Origin: Candidatus Nitrospinota bacterium M3_3B_026 | Lineage (GTDB): Bacteria; Nitrospinota_A; UBA7883; JBPRGF01 | Assembly: GCA_051418015.1 (NCBI GenBank) | Contig: JBPRGF010000017.1 | Location: 128,001 to 192,000, forward strand | Length of the DNA stretch: 64,000 nt | Direction of reading: 5' to 3' | Shown here: one piece after another, positions 1 to 7,871 of the stretch | Layout of the letters: each line of letters begins with the position of its first letter | Numbering within the stretch: the stretch's first letter is position 1 | Program-made: the position numbers and the translations under genes | Notes under the pieces: model-generated | What the model was told of the DNA's origin: nothing | Seen by the model: the letters and a program-made list of their open reading frames with translations, nothing else | The model's database searches: none

Positions 1-1
1 C

Positions 2-499
2 GCGGGGATCGACGAGAGCCGGGGAGGTTTCATCGACGACCTGGTCGAGGAGATGAACGTCCACCTGGCGGAGACCGTCGCCGACCGGGAGCCGTGGGTC
101 TGGATCATGGAGATCGCCCTGTCGGAGATCGCGTCCGGAGCCTTCCGCCACCCTTACACGTGGGACCGGATATGCGATCCGGAGACCTACGAGAGCGAAC
201 GATGCCTGATCGTCCGCTCGAGCCACGTCATGGATCACATCGCCCACACGATGAGCCTGCGTGACAAGTGGAACATGCTCCCGGTGAAGTCCGACCGCGT
301 GTTCAAGCGTCAGCTCATGGCGTCGGGAGTGGTGGCAAACGACAACGTGGAGCGGACGATCGACGGAAAGCGTCTGAGCAGGATGCTGGCCATAAGCGTC
401 GAGCGGCTGGAGCGGTTCGGCCTTGACGCCCCCGTCGAGGAGCCCCGGCCGCTCGGCTGGGCCGCGGATGGAGGAGGCGGCGATGAGATACCGTTCTGA
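2..499 (+). CDS. C-terminal part of a probable phage/ICE primase-helicase-type replication protein (5' truncated by window)
   Basis: Frame open from base 2; EMNVHLAETVADREPWVWI...HVMDHIAH...DKWNMLPVKSDRVFKRQL resembles C-termini of toprim primase/helicases of P2/P4-like elements (from recall); followed by iteron cluster. Confidence 0.55.
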   Translation, partial: AGIDESRGGFIDDLVEEMNVHLAETVADREPWVWIMEIALSEIASGAFRHPYTWDRICDPETYESERCLIVRSSHVMDHIAHTMSLRDKWNMLPVKSDRVFKRQLMASGVVANDNVERTIDGKRLSRMLAISVERLERFGLDAPVEEPRPLGWAADGGGGDEIPF

Positions 500-637
500 T
501 CGTACCCGCGTACAAAGCTTCAAGATTCGAAGATATTTTTGTCCGAAATATCGGTCGCCAGGTATCGGGGGCATTTCCAGAAACTGGTGGGTATTACCTG
601 TCGCCGTCCCTAACTCATTGATGTGGGAGAGCGATAC

Positions 638-935
638 CCCCATCAGTCACCCTGTAAATTCCATCATTTTCGCTTTTCGTTCCATCATTTTCGCCTTTTT
701 CTCCAACAGTCCGTTTTTTGGCCGCAGTCCTTTATATTCTCTCTTTAAGATTGATTATCAAAGAGAAAGAGAGATAAAGGGGGCCGGATCGCGTCCATCA
801 GTTTTCAGGGTGTATGAAAAAGTAGTCCATCAGTTTCCATCAAAAAAAAGCGCTGACTGGTGGAAGCTGATGGAAGCCAGGCGTTTGAATAACAAGAGGG
901 AAAGCGCCGGAAAGGCTCCTTCCATCAATCCATCA
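638..935. repeat. TCCATCA iteron-like cluster, candidate replication origin
   Basis: TCCATCA at 660, 681, 794, 826, 836, 921, 929 and inverted at 868-874, around an AT-rich core (~730-780). Confidence 0.6.
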
Positions 936-1226
936 AAAAATCTCCCCGTCCCCCCTTTTCGCCGGGAGCGTTATGTACCGAGGTACAGAAATGAGGGGTG
1001 TTGAAAGGAGCGAAGGGTGACGAAGAACGGGAATGACACCGGCGCGTGTCCCGAAAACCCCGCAAGGGTTTATGGACGAAATCGCCGTACGCGCCCTGAG
1101 ATCGCCCAGGAGGCGAGGTTTCCTCGCGCCGGTGTCTTTTCCCCTCTTCCGGGTGGAAATCCCGTCAGCGGGCGTCTCGCGCCCGGATTTCGGCTTTGTG
1201 GTTTTGTTCTGGAGGAGGGATAGCCG

Positions 1227-2249
1227 GTGAAGCCCGTCGCGGTCTGGCGTCTGACGTGGCGGGCGGATCCCCGGGCCTGCGCCCTGGCGGACCGGCATTA
1301 CAGCCGGAAGACGCCCGGCTCGCGCCAGGTCGCCCCTCCGGGCCGGGCGCTTGTTCTGCTGGCGGGGCGCGCCGACCGGGAGGCGCTGTTCGTTCTGAGC
1401 AGCCAGAGATACGTCCGCCGGGAGCTTTATCCCGGCGCGTGGGTCGTGACGCTTTTTCGGAACGAGTCGCGCGCCAGGTCGAGCGCCCTGATCCGCGAGG
1501 CCCTGGCCTCCTGTCGCCACGCGTGGGGGGATCCGCCCGAAGACGGCGTCGTGACGTTCGTCGACCCGCGCAAGGTCCGGCCGAAGCGCGACTTCGGCCG
1601 CTGTTTCCTGCGGGCCGGTTTCGAACCCGCCGGCGAGACGAAGAGCGGCCTGCTGGTCCTGCGCCTGGCCGCGGACCGCCTCCCCTGCCCGGTCTCGCCG
1701 CGCCACGCGCAGCTGAGCTTCGGATTCGCCGCGGGCTCGCCGTCGGACGATGAGCCGGACGAGACGTGGGATCTGACGGTGGAATGGGTGGAGTCCCGGC
1801 GCGCCGCGCTGACAGGCTGGGCGCGCCGCAGGTCCCGCGAGCTGGGCGTCGAGCTGGGGGAGGAGGACGTTATCCAGCAGGCCTACCTCGCAGCGTGGGA
1901 GACTTTTACGCAGGACCCGCCCCCGGAGGAGCCGGACCGGTACTTCTGGACCGTGTTGCGCAACCAGTTCGCGCCGCTTCTCGCCTCGGCAGAGCCCCTC
2001 GATGAGGACATCCCGGTGAACGGGACGCCGTCTTCGGGCCGGCGTCCGCTTTCCGATTCGCAATTGGCGCTGGCCCTGGCGCGGATGCGCGTTCCCGAGC
2101 GCAAGGTGTGGCGCGGCCTGTTGCGCGCGGGCGGGTCGCTGACGGTCGTGGCCGGAAAACTGGGGGTATCGAAACCGAGGGTGGCGCAGCTCCGTGACGC
2201 GGGCCTGGCCCGTGTCCGCGCCGCCGCCCTGGAAGCGGAAAAAAAATAA
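1227..2249 (+). CDS. Mom/GNAT-like domain fused to a sigma-70/ECF region 2-4-like domain
   Basis: N-half ADRHYSR..PPGR..FRNE..SS.LIREA..VTFVD..KVR..GRCFLRAGF..G.TKSGL; C-half EDVIQQAYLAAW...YFWTVLRN and HTH SLTVVAGKLGVSKPRVAQLRDAGLARVR. Confidence 0.55.
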   Translation: MKPVAVWRLTWRADPRACALADRHYSRKTPGSRQVAPPGRALVLLAGRADREALFVLSSQRYVRRELYPGAWVVTLFRNESRARSSALIREALASCRHAWGDPPEDGVVTFVDPRKVRPKRDFGRCFLRAGFEPAGETKSGLLVLRLAADRLPCPVSPRHAQLSFGFAAGSPSDDEPDETWDLTVEWVESRRAALTGWARRRSRELGVELGEEDVIQQAYLAAWETFTQDPPPEEPDRYFWTVLRNQFAPLLASAEPLDEDIPVNGTPSSGRRPLSDSQLALALARMRVPERKVWRGLLRAGGSLTVVAGKLGVSKPRVAQLRDAGLARVRAAALEAEKK

Positions 2250-2405
2250 AAAAATTTTTTTCGGGTGGATTTCGCCCCGCCTGAAATCGAAGCTTTCTAA
2301 AAAACTTAAAAAACAAATAAACGAGGTACCAATAAACAAGAGAGGTACCTTACCTGTATATTTTTGCAAGAACGGCGCCCGGCCTTGCGCCGGCTTATCG
2401 TCAGT

Positions 2406-2450
2406 CCTCTCCAGGTCTTTACCCCCCGGACTCTTATATAACGAGGGGCT
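2406..2450 (+). promoter_or_regulatory. Conserved ICE promoter box, copy 1 (upstream of parM)
   Basis: ggtctttacccc-n-actcttatataacgag, also at 3785 and 53736(-). Confidence 0.75.
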
Positions 2451-2554
2451 TTTTGCCGCGTATCGCGCGATACGGAGCCCGAAACGTGGGCGCAACGCGC
2501 GATACCCCCCTCGTGGAGGGCGTGTAAACGACATTTCGATGAAAGGAGACGAAC

Positions 2555-3529
2555 ATGATCGGGTTGGATATAGGGTTCGGCGACGTGAAGGCGGTGGTGG
2601 CGCCCCCGGAAGGCGAAAACGAGGCGAAAATAAAGTTCCCCACGTCGGTCTCCTACGCGGCGACGGGGCCGGTGGACCTGCCCGGCTCGGGGAACGGCGC
2701 GAGGGAGTACGAGTACCAGGGCAGGCGTTACGTGGTCGGCTCCGGCCTGGCGTCTTCGTTCTCGACGCGGAGCTGGGACTTCTACGAGCGTTACGCCCCT
2801 CTGCTTGCCTGGGAGGCGGTCCGCGGCCGCCTGGGGCTGGACTCTCCGCGCCTTCCGGCGGCGGTGGGCCTGCCGCTGGCCTGGTACACGCCGGGGAACC
2901 GCGGCCTGCTGACCCGCCGCCTGCGCCGGATAGAGATGGATGGGGCCGGCTCCCCCCTGGAGCTGGACGTGGAAGTGTACCCCCAGGGCGCGGGAGCGCT
3001 GTTCGACTATCGGCTGGATGACTCGGGCTCCGAGCGCCCTGGCACGGCCGTTTCCGGCCTCGTGATCGACATCGGCTTCAACACGGTCGATGTCGTGGCT
3101 TTCGAGAACGGCGCGGCGGTGAAGGCCGACTCGGGGATGCTGGAGCGGGCGGGGATATCGCGTCCCGCCGGCGAGCTGGCCCGCCTTCTCCAGGCGGAGA
3201 CGACGATAAACCTCTCCGAGCAGGAGGGCAAGGAGGCCCTCGCGCGCGGCAGCCTTTCGGTCTACGGCCACGAGAAGGACCTTTCGGAGCCTGCCCGGCG
3301 CGTGGTCGAGGATTACGCCTCCTGGCTGATGTCGGTGGTGGCCTCCCGCTGGGAGGACGGCATCCAGCGGGCGGACGTCCTGATCCTGGCCGGCGGCGGG
3401 GCGAGGTACCTGGCCCCGTACGCGCCGTCGCGGTACCGGGACCTGCTTTACACGCCCGATGAGCCGGAGTTCGCCAACGCGCGGGGTTTTCTGAAGGCGC
3501 TGACGGCGTCGAGCGGAGCGGCGATGTGA
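2555..3529 (+). CDS. parM: ParM/StbA actin-like partition ATPase
   Basis: IGLDIGFGDVK, VYPQG, VIDIGFNTVD, LILAGGGA, PEFANARG actin-fold motifs; aaggag RBS. Confidence 0.88.
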   Translation: MIGLDIGFGDVKAVVAPPEGENEAKIKFPTSVSYAATGPVDLPGSGNGAREYEYQGRRYVVGSGLASSFSTRSWDFYERYAPLLAWEAVRGRLGLDSPRLPAAVGLPLAWYTPGNRGLLTRRLRRIEMDGAGSPLELDVEVYPQGAGALFDYRLDDSGSERPGTAVSGLVIDIGFNTVDVVAFENGAAVKADSGMLERAGISRPAGELARLLQAETTINLSEQEGKEALARGSLSVYGHEKDLSEPARRVVEDYASWLMSVVASRWEDGIQRADVLILAGGGARYLAPYAPSRYRDLLYTPDEPEFANARGFLKALTASSGAAM

Positions 3530-3777
3530 GGCTGTCGCTGACCCTTCGCAGCGCGGCGCTCGCGTCCCGGCTGCGCGCCATCCCGAAGAAATACCGGTCG
3601 AGGGTGGCCGAGCGCGCGCTGGAGAGCTACTTCGACGGCCCCGAGGGGCGGGCGCTGCTCGGCGTGTTCGAGGCCGCCGCGGCCGTCCCCGAAGGCGCTG
3701 AAAAAAATTCAAAAAAATTTCAGAGCTCCCATTTGTCTGTAATACGGAGGGTTATGGGGGACATGGAGGAGTTTTGA
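3526..3777 (+). CDS. Small ParR-like DNA-binding adaptor
   Basis: 83 aa, GTGA overlap with parM stop, basic RHH-like N-terminus. Confidence 0.6.
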   Translation: MRLSLTLRSAALASRLRAIPKKYRSRVAERALESYFDGPEGRALLGVFEAAAAVPEGAEKNSKKFQSSHLSVIRRVMGDMEEF

Positions 3778-3784
3778 CCCTCTC

Positions 3785-3821
3785 CGGGTCTTTACCCCTC
3801 CCACTCTTATATAACGAGAGG
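3785..3821 (+). promoter_or_regulatory. Conserved ICE promoter box, copy 2 (upstream of traA)
   Basis: 37/37 identical to the reverse complement of 53700-53736. Confidence 0.8.
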
Positions 3822-3845
3822 CTTTTGTTACTAAAGGAGGACGAC

Positions 3846-4139
3846 ATGAACAGGATTTTTCTGGCGGCGGCGCTTGCCGGCGCGACTCTGGCGGTCCCGG
3901 ACATAGCGTCCGCGATGGCGGAGCCGGGGGCGGGCGATTTCGCCTACGACCTGTACGACATCGCGATAAACAAGATCCAGAAAGGCCCCATCGGGTTCGT
4001 GGGCGGCTGGGGCGCGATGCTGTTCGGCGCGGTGCTGGCGGCGCGCGGGGCGATCCTGCAGGCCATCCCGACGATCCTGGCGGGGGCGGCGATCCTGAAG
4101 GCGGACACCATCGTCACCACCCTGGGCGCGATCATCTGA
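3846..4139 (+). CDS. traA: Conjugative pilin precursor
   Basis: aaggagg RBS, signal peptide, two hydrophobic helices, directly before traL. Confidence 0.75.
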   Translation: MNRIFLAAALAGATLAVPDIASAMAEPGAGDFAYDLYDIAINKIQKGPIGFVGGWGAMLFGAVLAARGAILQAIPTILAGAAILKADTIVTTLGAII

Positions 4140-4408
4140 TGGATAAAAGGTTCCCGCGGTACCTGAACTCGCCGATGCAGGTGCTCTGGTTCGAGGCGGA
4201 CGAGCTTGCGGTCCTGTTTTTTTTCTTCGCGGTGGCGCTGAATTTCGAGAGCTGGACGATGTGGGGCGTGGCGGCCGCCGCGCCCTGGATATTCGGCAAG
4301 CTGAAACGGCGCTATCCCCGGGGCGCGCTGAAGCACCTGTTCTACTTCGCGGGTCTGACGACCCCGCCTGGCGCGCCCACCTGGTTCGAAAAGGACTTTT
4401 GTGAATGA
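4139..4408 (+). CDS. traL: F-type pilus assembly protein TraL
   Basis: FPRYLNSP..VLWFEADE motif, 89 aa, gene order. Confidence 0.88.
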   Translation: MDKRFPRYLNSPMQVLWFEADELAVLFFFFAVALNFESWTMWGVAAAAPWIFGKLKRRYPRGALKHLFYFAGLTTPPGAPTWFEKDFCE

Positions 4409-4448
4409 AGTCGAACCTGCATCGCAACTTCGAAAAGGACTTTTGCGA

Positions 4449-5009
4449 ATGAAGATGGACCTGTATCTCAACCGCGTGTCGAACGTCTACGCCGAGAACC
4501 GGCTGCTCAAGTTCGCGGTCGTGGTGATCGCCCTGGCGACGATCGCAAACGCGGCGGCGGTCTACGTCTCCTGGGGCTACCAGCGGACGGTCGTGGTCCC
4601 CCCGGTGTTGCGGGATCGGGTCGAGATCGTCGGGGAGAGGGTGAACGAGGCCTACATCCGCGAGTTCGCCCGCTACGTGACGGGCCTTCTGCTGACCTAT
4701 CACCCGAAGACCGCGCGGGGGCAGTTCGACGAGCTGCTGGGACTGGCGGCCCCGGAGGTCTACGGGCCGATGAAGGAGGAACTCTACGGCCTGGCCGAGT
4801 CGATCGAGGCGTCGCGGACCAGCTCGGTTTTCCACCTGGACGGGCTGGAGACCGGCCCCGGGCAGGGGTCGATCCGGGCGAAGGGGATGGTCCGCACGTA
4901 CATAGACGCCCTGAGAGTGGAAGACGAGCGCCGGGTCTACGTCATCGGCTACAGGCTGCGCAACGGCCGGTTCGAGATACTGTCGATCGGCGAGGAGAGG
5001 CGCAAATGA
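4449..5009 (+). CDS. traE: F-type TraE
   Basis: N-terminal TM, RTVVVPP, size and order. Confidence 0.85.
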   Translation: MKMDLYLNRVSNVYAENRLLKFAVVVIALATIANAAAVYVSWGYQRTVVVPPVLRDRVEIVGERVNEAYIREFARYVTGLLLTYHPKTARGQFDELLGLAAPEVYGPMKEELYGLAESIEASRTSSVFHLDGLETGPGQGSIRAKGMVRTYIDALRVEDERRVYVIGYRLRNGRFEILSIGEERRK

Positions 5010-5902
5010 TCCGGCCGATACATAAATCATCCCCGAGGGCCCTGGCCGCCGCGGTCTTTCTGATTCTTCCGCTGATGTTTTCATCCGCGGCGGCCGAGTC
5101 CCCGGGGGACAACATTGCCGCTTCACCCGTCACGGCCGACAAGGACGGTTCTCTTCCTTCTTCGCCACGGCCGGACCGGACGCCCGGCCGGGAGGGGTCT
5201 GGCATTCGCCCCGCCCCGGCCGGCTCCGGGCCGGTCACGCCGGAGACCGTGGAGCGCATCCGGCTCTCTTCGACGGACGTGAACCGCATCGTCTGCGGCG
5301 CGGGGGATATAACCGACGTCGTCTTCTCGCAGGAGAAGGGCGTGAACGTGAAGGTCGCCGGCCGGGACGCCTTCGTGAAGTTTCTGGTCAAGCGCAAGCC
5401 CGGCGGGAAGCTGGAGTACAGCGAGACGCCGTCGGAGCTTTTCGTCGTCTGCGGCGGGAAGACTTACACGCTGATAGCCCTGCCCGGGAGGATACCGTCG
5501 CGCACCGTCCGGCTGTCCACGGGCGCGGCCGCCCGCGTCGACGGGAACCGCGCCCTGCTCGGCGCGCTGCCTTTCGAGAAAAAAATCCTCGAGATCGTCA
5601 GGTACATGTACACGGGCGGCTACCCGGACTCCTTCACCGTCCGCGAGGAGGGCGGCCTGCTCGTCCTCTCCGGGCCGGAGTACGACGTCCGGCTCGTGAG
5701 GACGGTGGACGTGGAGGGGGAGGGGCTTCGCGCCCTGGAGTACGAGGTCGCCGTCAAGCGGGACGGTCTGGAGCTGTCGGAGAGGGATTTTCTTCATCCC
5801 GCCCTGTCGGAAAGGCCCCTGTCGATCGCTCTCGACGGGCCCGGCGCAACGTCCGGCCGGACCCGAAGGCTGTTCGTGGTGGAGAGGAGGTTCGCCCGAT
5901 GA
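5006..5902 (+). CDS. traK: F-type secretin-like TraK
   Basis: Signal peptide, LSSTDVNRIVC motif, order. Confidence 0.85.
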   Translation: MIRPIHKSSPRALAAAVFLILPLMFSSAAAESPGDNIAASPVTADKDGSLPSSPRPDRTPGREGSGIRPAPAGSGPVTPETVERIRLSSTDVNRIVCGAGDITDVVFSQEKGVNVKVAGRDAFVKFLVKRKPGGKLEYSETPSELFVVCGGKTYTLIALPGRIPSRTVRLSTGAAARVDGNRALLGALPFEKKILEIVRYMYTGGYPDSFTVREEGGLLVLSGPEYDVRLVRTVDVEGEGLRALEYEVAVKRDGLELSERDFLHPALSERPLSIALDGPGATSGRTRRLFVVERRFAR

Positions 5903-7233
5903 GCGCGTGGAAGGAGAAGGCGCTGGCGTGGTGGGAGGCTCTGCCTCCCGGCCGCAAGCGCGCGGCGGTCCTGTCGGCGCTCGCGGGTACGTTCATCCTC
6001 GCCGGGCTTTCCGCCTGGGAGCTCAAGGGCGGGCGCCCCGCTCCCCCGGACAGGGAGGAGACGGCGGCGCGCCCGATACGCTTGAGCCCGGCGGCGCTTG
6101 AGAGGTCGGCCTACCTGGAGACGAAAGCGCTTGCGGGGACGACCATCGAGGGCGTTCAGGATCTGCTCGAAAACTTCGAGCGGCGCGTGGACGAGCGCGT
6201 GGCCCGGGCGCTGGCCGAGTCCGAACGGGACCGCGATAAATCTGTCTCCCGGCGGAAACGCGAAAAAACCTCCGCCGGGGACTTCGAGCGTCCCGGCGGC
6301 CCAGACACAAAAACTTCCCTCACAAAAACTTCCCCCACCCCCGGGAAGGAAGCGGGAGTGAGGATGGCGGCGCGGAAGAGACCCTTCCCGCCGCCATCCC
6401 CCCTGCCTTCCGCTCCAGGCGCCGTTCCGCCCAGGGCGGGTTCGTCCTCTCCCGGCGGCCGGGCGGAGCCGGAGCTGATCGGGGGGATAGAGCTCGTCAA
6501 GGCTCCCGGCGGCCCGTCTTCCCGGGAAGACGGCGGTAAAAAAAAAGAGGAGGCGGTCTACCTTCCGCCTTCTTTCATGGAGGCGAGCTTGATATCCGGC
6601 CTTGACGCCCCCACGGTCGAGAAGGCCCGGGGCAACCCCATGCCCGCGTTGCTGAGGGTGAAGGCCCCGGCGGTGCTGCCGAACAGGGTGAAAGCCAATC
6701 TCAAGGGCTGTTTCGTCATCGCCAGCGGCTACGGCGACCTGGCCGCCGAGAGGGCATATCTGCGCCTCGACACGCTCTCCTGCATATCGAAAGGGGGCGA
6801 GTCGGTGATCGACCAGGCCGTGAAAGGGTTCGTCGTCGACACCGACGGCAAGATCGGCCTTCGCGGCCGCGTGGTCTCGAAGATGGGGGCGACGATCGCC
6901 CGGTCGATGATCGCCGGGTTCTTCGGAGGGATGGGCGACGTCCTGAAGTTCTCCGGCACGACCACCCAGGTCAACCCGCTGGGGACGCTGACGTTCAAGA
7001 CCAGCGAGATAGACAAGGAGGGCGTGGCCCAGTTCTTCGGGATGGGGGCCGGCGCGGGCCTGTCGCAGGCGGCGCAGGAAATCCAGAAATTCTATCTCGA
7101 CCTCGCCCGGCAGACGATGCCGGTGATCGAGGTCGGCGCCACGAAACAGGTGACGCTGGTGGTCCAGGAGGGCGCGTCCCTCGAGATAAAGGACGCCTGC
7201 GTCGGAGTGGAGGAAGGATGCGGACAAAAATGA
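5899..7233 (+). CDS. traB: F-type TraB (VirB10-like)
   Basis: TM, Pro-rich linker, YLPPSF..A.LISGLDAP, GDLAAERAY, DGKIGLRGRVVSK. Confidence 0.9.
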   Translation: MSAWKEKALAWWEALPPGRKRAAVLSALAGTFILAGLSAWELKGGRPAPPDREETAARPIRLSPAALERSAYLETKALAGTTIEGVQDLLENFERRVDERVARALAESERDRDKSVSRRKREKTSAGDFERPGGPDTKTSLTKTSPTPGKEAGVRMAARKRPFPPPSPLPSAPGAVPPRAGSSSPGGRAEPELIGGIELVKAPGGPSSREDGGKKKEEAVYLPPSFMEASLISGLDAPTVEKARGNPMPALLRVKAPAVLPNRVKANLKGCFVIASGYGDLAAERAYLRLDTLSCISKGGESVIDQAVKGFVVDTDGKIGLRGRVVSKMGATIARSMIAGFFGGMGDVLKFSGTTTQVNPLGTLTFKTSEIDKEGVAQFFGMGAGAGLSQAAQEIQKFYLDLARQTMPVIEVGATKQVTLVVQEGASLEIKDACVGVEEGCGQK

Positions 7234-7871
7234 GAGCGAAGATCAAGGTCAACGGGAACGGATATCACGCGGCCCGCCGTCCCGCCGCGCCAGCGCCGCC
7301 GCCGCCGTCCATCCCGGAGCGGCGGCCCTCGTGGAAGGATCGGCTCCGGGAGGAGTATCCCCTGTGGGTCATGGCGGTCAGGACGGTCTTCGGCCGCTGT
7401 TTCCCCCGCCCGCCCGGTTCCCGCTGGACGGTATTCCGGGTTTATGTTCGGGCGCTTCTGCTCGTCGTCCTGTTTATGGCGGGTATGTTTCTGTCATCCT
7501 GCGCGACGATCATGAACCCCTACAACGAGGATTTCTCCTGTCCCGACACGGATAACGGCAAGTGCGTGGGCGTGCCCGAGGCCTACGACGAATCGGCGAA
7601 CCGGCCCTGTCTGGAGTGCGACGCGGGCGAAGGCGACGTTTCCCCGGCCCGGGCCGAGTACATGGAATCGCTCTACGAGCGGCTGCGGGAGGGTATATCG
7701 GAGCCCGCGCCCCCGGCGATGACCGCTCCGAAGGTTTTGAGGGTCCTGCTGCTGCCCTACGAGGGCTCCGGCGGCGCGCTGTACGAGGCGCGGTACGTCT
7801 TCATGATGGTGGACTCGCCGAGGTGGATCATGGCCCCGCCGCCCGGCTCGATCGCAGGGGAGGCGCCGTGA
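7230..7871 (+). CDS. traV: TraV lipoprotein (start uncertain)
   Basis: Lipobox LSSC, FSCP..DNGKC, PKVLRVLLLPY, W near C-terminus. Confidence 0.8.
   Translation: MRAKIKVNGNGYHAARRPAAPAPPPPSIPERRPSWKDRLREEYPLWVMAVRTVFGRCFPRPPGSRWTVFRVYVRALLLVVLFMAGMFLSSCATIMNPYNEDFSCPDTDNGKCVGVPEAYDESANRPCLECDAGEGDVSPARAEYMESLYERLREGISEPAPPAMTAPKVLRVLLLPYEGSGGALYEARYVFMMVDSPRWIMAPPPGSIAGEAP

Noticed and set aside
423..1004. 193-aa ORF over the iteron region
   Set aside because: TTG start inside the previous gene; translation merely reflects the repeats
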